DNA of 64,000 nucleotides from Octopus vulgaris (Eukaryota): NCBI GenBank assembly GCA_951406725.2, contig OX597827.1, positions 57,350,001 to 57,414,000 of the forward strand, read 5' to 3'. Shown piece by piece: positions 55,140 to 64,000 of this stretch (position 1 is its first letter; each line of letters starts with the position of its first letter). The notes under the pieces were generated by a model. It saw only the letters and a program-made list of their open reading frames with translations, ran no database searches and was not told where the DNA came from. The position numbers and the translations under genes were made by a program.

Positions 55140-55205
55140 ACTCCTCGAGCGGATTCTCCAGGCAAAGCTCAACGACCAAAGATCGAAACGATTCTTCAGC
55201 GATTG
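55140..55205 (+). CDS. Probable coding exon (66 nt, symmetric)
   Basis: Branch-like ctgac, ~45-nt pyrimidine tract, tAG|...TTG|gtaaaa; GC-richer than flanks; all three frames open. In phase 2 after exon 51633 it reads (G)LLERILQAKLNDQRSKRFFSD. Confidence 0.65.
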
Positions 55206-55277
55206 GTAAAAGTCACGCATGATTTGACAGCAACGAATTTCAAAGGATCAGAACTATTTCTACCGTTTTCTTTTCTT

Positions 55278-55315
<38 letters not shown>

Positions 55316-55947
55316 CTGCTTGTGTAAATATACAACTTTATATATGTACATACCTTAAATATATATATATACATATATATGTGTGTGTATGTATATATAT
55401 ATAAATATATTTACGTATGTATGTATTTATGTATGTATATACATATGTAAGTTGTTTGGAAAGAAAACATAACAAATAAAAGACAATTAAAATACAGTAA
55501 ATAATAAAAAAACAAACAAAGCAACACATACTGAGACATTTTCTTTCACTCATGAATGATATTAAGTTTTTGATGGAAGAGTATATTTAAAAAAAAAAAC
55601 ATAATATAATGAAAAAAAAAACATAACAAATTAAAGTGATATGGGACAGCTGTGTCAGCTGGAATACATCGAGAGAGAAAAAAATGACCTAATGTAATTT
55701 GTGTGTAATAAAGGCATAAGTTAATCTTCTAGATATAGTTGAATAGACTTCCTTATTATTTACAAGCAACGAGGGATGCGTGGCTGTGTGGTAAGTAGCT
55801 TGCTAACCAACCAGGCACATAAGTTCCGGGTTCAGTCCCACTGCGTGGCATCTTGGGCAAGTGTCTTCTGCTACAGCCCCCGGGCCGACCAATGCCTTGT
55901 GAGTGGATTTGGTAGACGGAAACTGAAAGAAGCCTGTCGTATATATG

Positions 55948-55982
<35 letters not shown>

Positions 55983-56293
55983 TTGTGTGTCTTTGTTTGT
56001 CTCCCTAGCATTGCTTGACAACCGATGCTGGTGTGTTTACGTCCCTGTCACTTAGCGGTTCGGCAAAAGAGAGCGATAGAATGAGTACTGGGCTTACAAA
56101 GAATAAGTCCCAGGGTCGATTTGTTCGACTAAAGGCGGTGCTCCAGCACGGCCGCAGTCAAATAACCGAAACAAGTAAAAGAGAAAGAGAAAGGGAATAT
56201 ATATATATATATATATATATGCGTAATTTGGATAATGTCATTATTTAATGATTTTTCAGTGGCCAGCATACTAAAATACCAATTTATATTAAC

Positions 56294-56610
56294 ATTATAA
56301 TAAGGGTGTTGAAAGATTAAGGCACCAGTCTGCTAGAAATAGACCCCAAATGGTCTAGAAACCACTCTTAAATTATTATTCCACTACACAAGGCTGTAAG
56401 CGAGGAAAATATGATAATCGAAAAGTGTTTTCAATAACTCAGACCATGAAACCTATAGATATGGTACTATCCGAGTTATTTTGTATAAATTCTCGCTCTC
56501 CATTTTCTCGCTTACAACCTTGTATTGTGGAGTAATAATCTAAGTGGTTTCTAGATCATTTGGGGTCTATTTCTTGCAGACCGGTGTTGTAATCATCAAC
56601 ACCGTTATTA

Positions 56611-56614
<4 letters not shown>
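56294..56614. repeat. Foldback/MITE-like inverted repeat (~115-bp imperfect arms)
   Basis: agaaatagaccccaaatggtctagaaaccact pairs with agtggtttctagatcatttggggtctatttct; pairing extends to both ends. Confidence 0.8.
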
Positions 56615-56642
<28 letters not shown>

Positions 56643-56729
56643 GGTTAGAGACAAGTGTTGTCTATATAGAATACACTTCGGCGTGCTCAAGAGATTTGAA
56701 CTTGAGCCGGTAGATGTGTAAGTTAGGCA

Positions 56730-57197
56730 ACTCGATTTACACAGAATATTAAATACATTTAATTGAAAAAAAAAATGAACTTGTGTATGAATATAAAATA
56801 GTCCGACTTACAGAATATAAATATAAATGATATCATATCAGGAGTTAAATGGGTAGAGTTTTACTCCTGATATCATTTATATTCTGAGGCGGCGAACTAG
56901 TAGAAACGTTAGCACATCGGTCGAAATGTTTAGGGGTATTTCGTTTGTCTTTACGTTCTAAGTTCAAATTCCGCCGAGGTCGACTTTGCCTTTTATCCTT
57001 TCGGAGTCAATAAATTAAGTACCAGTTGTGTACTGTGGTTGATCTAATCGATTGGCCCCCCCTCCCCCAAAATTTCGAGACTTGTGCCTAGAGGAGAAAA
57101 GGATATCATTTATATTCTGTAAATCGGACTATTTTATATGCATACACATCTACATTTTTTCTATTAAATGTATATAATATTCTGTGTAAATTGACTT
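56730..57197. repeat. Palindromic MITE-like element interrupted by a family C SINE with 17-bp TSD
   Basis: Arms tttacacagaatatt...ataaaatagtccga and tcggactattttat...aatattctgtgtaaa; gatatcatttatattct duplicated at 56869-56885 and 57102-57118. Confidence 0.8.
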
Positions 57198-57225
57198 ATC
57201 TAACTTGCTTGTCATTACATTTACT

Positions 57226-57263
<38 letters not shown>

Positions 57264-57657
57264 CGTAGGAGTGACTGTGTGGTAAGTTGCTTGCTTACCA
57301 ACCACATGGTTCCGGGTTCAGTCCCACTGCGTGGCATCTTGGGCAAGTGTCTTCTACTATAGCCTCGGGCCGGCCAAAGCCTTGTGAGTGGATTTGGTAG
57401 ACGGAAACTGAAAGAAGCCCGCCATATATATGTATATATATATATATGTGTGTATGTTTGTATGTCTGTGTTTGTTCCCCCAACATCGCTTGACAACCGA
57501 TGCTGGTGTGTTACGTCCCCGTAACTTAGCGGTTCGGCAAAAGAGACCGATAGAATAAGTACTAGGCTTACAAAGAATAAGTCCTGGGGTCGATGTGCTC
57601 GACTAAAGGCAGTGCTCCAGCATGGCCACAGTCAAGTGACTAAAACAAGTAAAAAGA

Positions 57658-57689
<32 letters not shown>

Positions 57690-58221
57690 TCCACGTAGGT
57701 TATCATAGTCTTGTCTACGTCCAGTATAGTGATTAATCACTACTAGTGATTAATCAACTTCTAGTAGTATCACTAGTTAGACTATACAGAGCAAATGCAG
57801 GAAAAATTATTATGAACACAAGTTTATATCATTAGTTCCTACATATGTTACCCCGTTATTTATTCATTTTTAACTCTGCGTTGGATATTCTAAGTGTAAC
57901 TGGATGCTTAAGTACAACGGATCATCGGGAGCAGTAAGAAACACTTAATTGCATAATGCTACAGATCCATCGCGGTTGGGCAATAGTTTTGTTTCAAACA
58001 ACCACAATGGTGAAACGTACGTAGGAACTAATAATATATTCTTGTGTGTATCGTAATTTCTTATTTATTTGTCCTATGTATTATAATTCGTAATGCCACA
58101 AACTGTAGTAGTCGATTAACTGGAAACAGACTGGACAATGCTAATCTAGTGGTGCACTAAGCTTAGCAGTAACAGTCGTACATCAATTTGTACGCACAAG
58201 GCACACTATACATATAAATAC

Positions 58222-58261
<40 letters not shown>

Positions 58262-58262
<1 letters not shown>

Positions 58263-58578
58263 GTTAATAAGTCATATGCATATATACATACATATATGTA
58301 CGTACCTACCTCTACATGTATATATACATGCATATATGGGTACAGGACACCAAAAAAACGTCGGACACAATGAGGAACGAAAACATAAACACAGAACCAA
58401 GGAACTGGACATTTTTCTTAAACAACGAAAAAATAGAGTACAGGAAACATAACAAGGAAAATTCCCCTTCTTCAGTCGCCATGGTTTCATCTACTCTGCG
58501 TTTCGAAGGTAAAGGCGATACGCATCTTCGATAGAAACTTTCCTTCCCGCGAAAAACAAATTAAATAAGATTTGAGAT
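58262..58578 (-). mobile_element. Putative PLE terminal-repeat fragment (second copy ~44680-44925)
   Basis: Both copies share catatatgtac.tacctac.tcta.atgtatatatacatgcatatatgggtacaggaca...gtttcatctactc.gc; flanked by (TA)n; degenerate hammerhead-like core on the minus strand at ~58490-58535. Confidence 0.5.
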
Positions 58579-58598
58579 ATATATATATATATAAATTT

Positions 58599-58636
<38 letters not shown>

Positions 58637-61600
58637 GGCGACGTTTATCGTAAACACAGCAGTTTGGCAAAAGAATTGATAAAACCAATACTACATTTAA
58701 AAATGTTATCACGTGGGTCGATTCGTTCCACTAACCCAACATGATGGTGCTCCAGTATGACCGAAGTCTGATGACTGAGACAAACAAAAGAGTAAAAAAG
58801 TGTGTATTAGATATAATACATGCCTCTGTGTGTATGAATGCTATATAATGCTTGAGAGTTCTCGGTGTGGTAATTCTAAGAGTTGTTCCTGTATAACGAA
58901 TGTAAGTATGGTTTCTACAAGAATCATATTGATAAATTCTACGAACTTCAATTCTTCAATGACAATCCAACGACTTGATGTTGATAATAACGGAATATCA
59001 TTCGTATACGTATACGTGCATCCACATACATGCATGTGAGTAGGCAGCGAGACAAATATATGTCATCAAAGAACCTTTTTAGCCAACTTATAATTCTTTC
59101 TATAACAGGAACAGTTTTGAAATTTGGGGTGCGGTGGGGTGGGGTGGGGCAGTTGATTACATGGAGCCCAGTGCTCGACTAGTACTTATTTTATCAAAAA
59201 CGAAAGGATGAAAGGCAAAGTCGACTACTGCGGAATTTGAACCCATAATATTATTTTCTACTCTAGGCACAAGGCCTGAAATTTGGGGAGAGGGGACTAG
59301 TCGATTAGATCGAGCCCAGTACGCAACTGGTACTTAATTTATCGACCTCGAAAGGATGAAAGGCAAAGTCGACTTCGGCGGAATTTGAACTCAGAACGTA
59401 AAGGCAGACGAAATACCTATTTCTTTACTACCCACAAGGGGCTAAACACAGAGGGGACAAACAAGGACAGACAAACGGATTATGTCGATTATATCGACCC
59501 CGGTGCGTAACTGGTACTAATTTATTCGACCCCGAAAGGATGAAAGGCAAAGTCGACATCGGCGGAATTTGAACTCAGAACGTAGCGGCAGACGAAATAC
59601 TGCTAAGCATTTCGCCCATCCTTCTAACGTTTCTGTCAGCTCGCCGCCTTTGAACTCAGGATATTAAGCTGGGAAAAATGCCGCTATGCATTTTCTCCGA
59701 TGTGCTAATTATTCTACCAGCTATCTACCTCTTTTTTTAGCCAACTATAATGGCTCTTCCACGATGTAATGGTTTCAGTTTCAACGCCCGGCCTCAGATC
59801 AAATTATTTACCGGACAAATACAAATCTTAAATGCAACTTTTCATGCAGGTATCTAACTATTTGATGTTATGAAACCATAACATAGATTTAATAAAATAG
59901 TTAGCTATATTTATAAACTTAGTTAAGGCGACGAGCAGGCAGAATCATTAGCACGCCAGTCAAAATGCTTAGCGACATTACGTCCATCGAAGTTCAAATT
60001 CCATCAAGATCGACTTTGCCTTTCATCCTTTCGGGGTCGATAAAATAAATATCAGTTGAACACTGAGGTCAGTATAATTGACTTATTACCCCATTCTCGA
60101 AATAGCTGGCATTGTGTCAAAATTTGAAACCTATATTTACAAACTTATATATATATATATATTCCTATTGACTGAACTTTTGACTGTAGTTAATATCCCA
60201 TAATCACGTGTACATTACATTCAAATTAACTTTCTTAAATCGTGGATGGTTCAAGTTTAATTAGGTGGAAACTGCAGCTGACGGTGCCCAATTAATCTAA
60301 TGAAGCTATCTTCTACACTCGAGGGTCAACTACACGCAATACGGATACCGCAGACCAGACTTCTATTGCTTCTATGAACACATTGAAGTAATGGGAACAT
60401 GACAGCCTAGTTTCATTCAGTAGCACCAATACATTATAGCGAATATCAGAGAAACTGTTTCTACCACGTCTTCCCTACACATAAACACAAATCTGTTTCT
60501 ATAAATGCTACGTCTCAAAAGCTCTGAAGACCAACAGACGATAAAAATATTTCTACAAAGAAATAATCATGATATTCAGCGTGACACAGAGAGTGACAAG
60601 GCAGGTCCCTTGAAATACAGGTACAACAGAAACAGGAAGTAAGAGTGAGATAAAGTTGTGGTGAAAGAGTACAGCAGGGATCACCAGCATCCCCTGCCGG
60701 AGCCTCGTGGAGCTTTTAGGTGTTTTCGCTCAATAAACACTCACAACGCCCGGTCTGGGAATCGAAACCGCGATCCTACAACCGCGAGTCCGCTGCCCTA
60801 ACCACTGGGCCATTGCACCTCCACTGATTTAGAAATACAGATTACCTGAATGTAGAGAGAGAAAAGGGAAACATTTATAATAATTGACAGGATGGTTTGA
60901 GTGCCTTGAAATATTTGCTCACTATTGGCAGTATGATCTCAAATCCTTCCAGCACCGAAAAGTAAAATACCTGTCAACTACCTGGGTAAGTTAAATCCAC
61001 TGTTCCCTTCCCCACAAATATTTTCGCCTTAAACTTATGTAAGAAACTAACATTAGCAAATGGCCATGTATTTTAGAAAATGGAAGTGGGGTAACTGATT
61101 TAATCGGACTCATTTACAGGCACTTATTATTCATTTGATCAAAGTCGTTCCCAGCGGGATTTCAACTCAGAATGTAAAGAACATTTAATCAGGAATTGTA
61201 TTGGGTTTTTTAGTAGAGTACAAGATAGACTGAGAAATGAGAGGCGATATGATTTCATTGAATCCACAATATCTCTACAACATATTCTAACGACCAAGAG
61301 GAGAAGAAACACAGCACTAACACCAGTGTAATGAAACATATCAACCGTTATTCAGAGAGACTATTGTCAGGATTATCACAGAACGAGGAATTCTTCAAAC
61401 AATGAAGAATTCTTCAAAAAAATTAAGGATTCTATTTCATCGAAAGACTACAAAAAACATTCAGTATAGTACAGTATTTATTCTTTTCCTTGTCGATCAA
61501 AAGGAGTTCTTTCACATGATAGAGAACATGAATGAGATATGCCACGGAAAACAGTGCCTCTTTGTCCAACAAACTTTTCCAGAAAAGATAACATACCTCT

Positions 61601-63288
61601 CTTTTCTAACAGACTTATTTGTGACAATATGATAAAGTTACTACGTGATGGCTTAACTTGTTCGAAATAGCGGATGAATCTCCCTCAAATCACGTGTTAC
61701 TGTCTTAAAAAAAAAAAAGAAAAATGAAATTGTATAATGTAGCCTCTTGCAAAAAAGATGAGTTAAATTGCTTAAACGCCTTTGATCATATTGTTTGATC
61801 GGGACTGAGTTACAAATAGCATACTTCACTATAAGGCTTCATTCTTCCTCGTAAAATATTTAAGTACCAAGTACAAATGTTTAAAGACATGTGGTGTACC
61901 GCTGATGGTCAGCTATCATAAAGAAAACTATCTCTTGTAGTTCTAGATTAAGTTAAGTCGAGTTTAGAACTTTGAATTTAAAATCAAAGCGTAAAGTGTA
62001 CAGAATATACATATCTAATATTTCTTTTTCCTGTACAGGATAAGTGAAAGTACATGGCCTAATGGTTAGAGCAGCGGTCGAGGGGTCACGGATTCGAATC
62101 TCAGACCGGGCGATGTGTGTGTTTATGAACGAAACACCTAAGCTCCACGCGGCTCCAGCAGAAGGTAATGGTGAACTTCTGCTGACCCTTTCGCCACAAC
62201 TTTCACTTTTTCTTCCTGCATCTTGCAGCTCACCTGCGACGTAACGGTGTCCCGTCCAGGTGGGGAACCTATACGCCAAGGAAACCGGGAAACCGGCCCT
62301 TATGAGCCGGGCGTGGCTCGAGAAGGAACAAACAATACAGGATAAAGATCTTAAATTTTCTAGTCATTAGCAGCCATGTATAGCGCTATTTCATCCTTCT
62401 TTCGAATTGTCTGAATGGCATACAGCAAGGCAAATAAATCATGCTAAATTAAACGTTTTATGAAGTTAGACAATACTTATGGAGAGAAAATAGCTTACAT
62501 TTCAGAATGCATTCATAAGAAGATTTTTCTGTTTCACCACAGATTGTTAATTGTTCAGAAACAAAGTGAGAAGAGGAGAGAAGGAAAAATTTATCAAATA
62601 AAGGTTACTATTTACAGTGAAAACTTTAAAATAAAATTTAACATATTCTAAACGTAAATATGGACCCACTACAAAAGATTTTGTGAGAAAAGTAAGTAGA
62701 ATTCTCCATAATCATACACTTGTGCAATGACGCTATTTTATATATTGTCTGAAGCTTTAGTCAAATATCTGGATAAACAGAAATATAAGCTGAGGCCCAT
62801 TTGCCCATGATTACTTACCTTCTGTCAAAATTCATTGTTCATGATTGACGGTATATATGCACAAAGCATTCTCCACTTTCATTCTTCTGTTTTTTTAAGT
62901 AATTTTTAAAGTCATTAGAGCTCCTCGACACAAGATGAATATTCTCTGTCGGTTACTGAAACCATGATGTCTAATATACTTGTCGTTGCGAGCTCTGATA
63001 GTAACAAATATATTATCTTTTATCTTTTACGTTTCGGTTATTTGACTGCGGCCATGATGGGGCAACGCCATGAAGAATTTTCAGTCGATACGAATCGCCC
63101 CCAGTACTTAATTTTTTGTTTTTAATCTGGTTCTAATCTTATCGGAGTCTTTTGCCGAACTGTTAAGTTATGGCAACGTAAACATACCAACACTGGTTAT
63201 CAAGCGGTGTAGGGGGACAAATACAGACACAAACACACACATACACACATACACACACATACACACACGCACACACACACACGCGCGC

Positions 63289-63334
<46 letters not shown>

Positions 63335-63494
63335 TTACGAAAGAAATTTTATATACACACGCTGACATATGACCAACGTTGAACGCCTTATTCGCATAAT
63401 CACCGAACCTGTAACTTAACTATGGTCTATCTATAGCACTTATTCAGCATTACCTGAAACCTTTGGGTCTCAATGACACCATTACCTATCATTA

Positions 63495-63662
63495 CAGGTG
63501 AGCATATAAGTGCAAAACAAGGTAGAAAAATAGTACTCGAATACCAACGGTTGAGTAATATACTTTTATTAAAGCTACAAAATTATCACAAAACTGTTAC
63601 CCACTGTCACGTGAAACTCTGAGGAAGAGTCTTGATATAATTTTGTAGCTTTAATAAAAGTG
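63495..63662 (-). mobile_element. PLE terminal fragment related to 49180-49286, with short inversion
   Basis: Homologous to the reverse complement of 49180-49270; cttttattaaagctacaaaattat (~63563-63586) is mirrored at ~63636-63660. Confidence 0.6.
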
Positions 63663-64000
63663 TGTGAGTGTGTGTGTGGGGGGCGTGCGTGCGTGTTAGT
63701 AAAATTTTTAACAGTATGTTCAGTATGGCAACATAGTGTACACTTAATGACGATAAGCTCCAGATGTCACTGATTACAAAATAACTTTTCTTGTTCATTC
63801 TTCGTTTCAAAGATGACCAAGATTCCACATCTTAGACATCGACAGCACTTCTGAGTTGGAGACCGGATAATCGAGACTGCTCCTCCGTGTCTCCTCATGA
63901 AGAAACTTCCCCGAGATATCATATCGCGCAGTGGGACAAAATTCGAAACCGTATGATTTCAAAGTCAAAGCTTAACCACACCCTATATCCATTTTTCTTT

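Noticed and set aside
57880-63840. Possible next exons after 55205 (~57885, ~58859-58901, ~60275, ~61504, ~63813)
   Set aside because: Weak acceptors or immediate stops; several mutually incompatible options with nothing in the sequence to choose between them.

Overview
This is eukaryotic, AT-rich, microsatellite-saturated genomic DNA with no prokaryotic features. The SINE families and (TA)n/(CA)n/(TACA)n load fit an Octopus (coleoid cephalopod) genome; this is an inference. Almost all listed ORFs are translated microsatellites or SINEs. Real content: (1) small + strand exons of an unidentified host gene with long introns, including a diverged tandem pair of frame-preserving paralogous exons (7999-8118, 15945-16061) and two downstream exons that splice in frame to a candidate RSKR furin site; (2) a 5'-truncated Penelope-like element (PLE) with an uninterrupted RT + GIY-YIG ORF; (3) several PLE terminal-repeat fragments, mostly sitting in (TA)n tracts, carrying minimal type I hammerhead ribozymes (5 near-complete, 1 split by a LINE), one with a 221-bp perfect inverted repeat; (4) four abundant tRNA-headed SINE families, many with target-site duplications (TSDs); (5) remnants of mariner, Tc1, RTE, CR1/L2, CRE-type (RLE) and Helitron elements, plus palindromic MITE-like sequences. 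All calls were made by eye without database searches.
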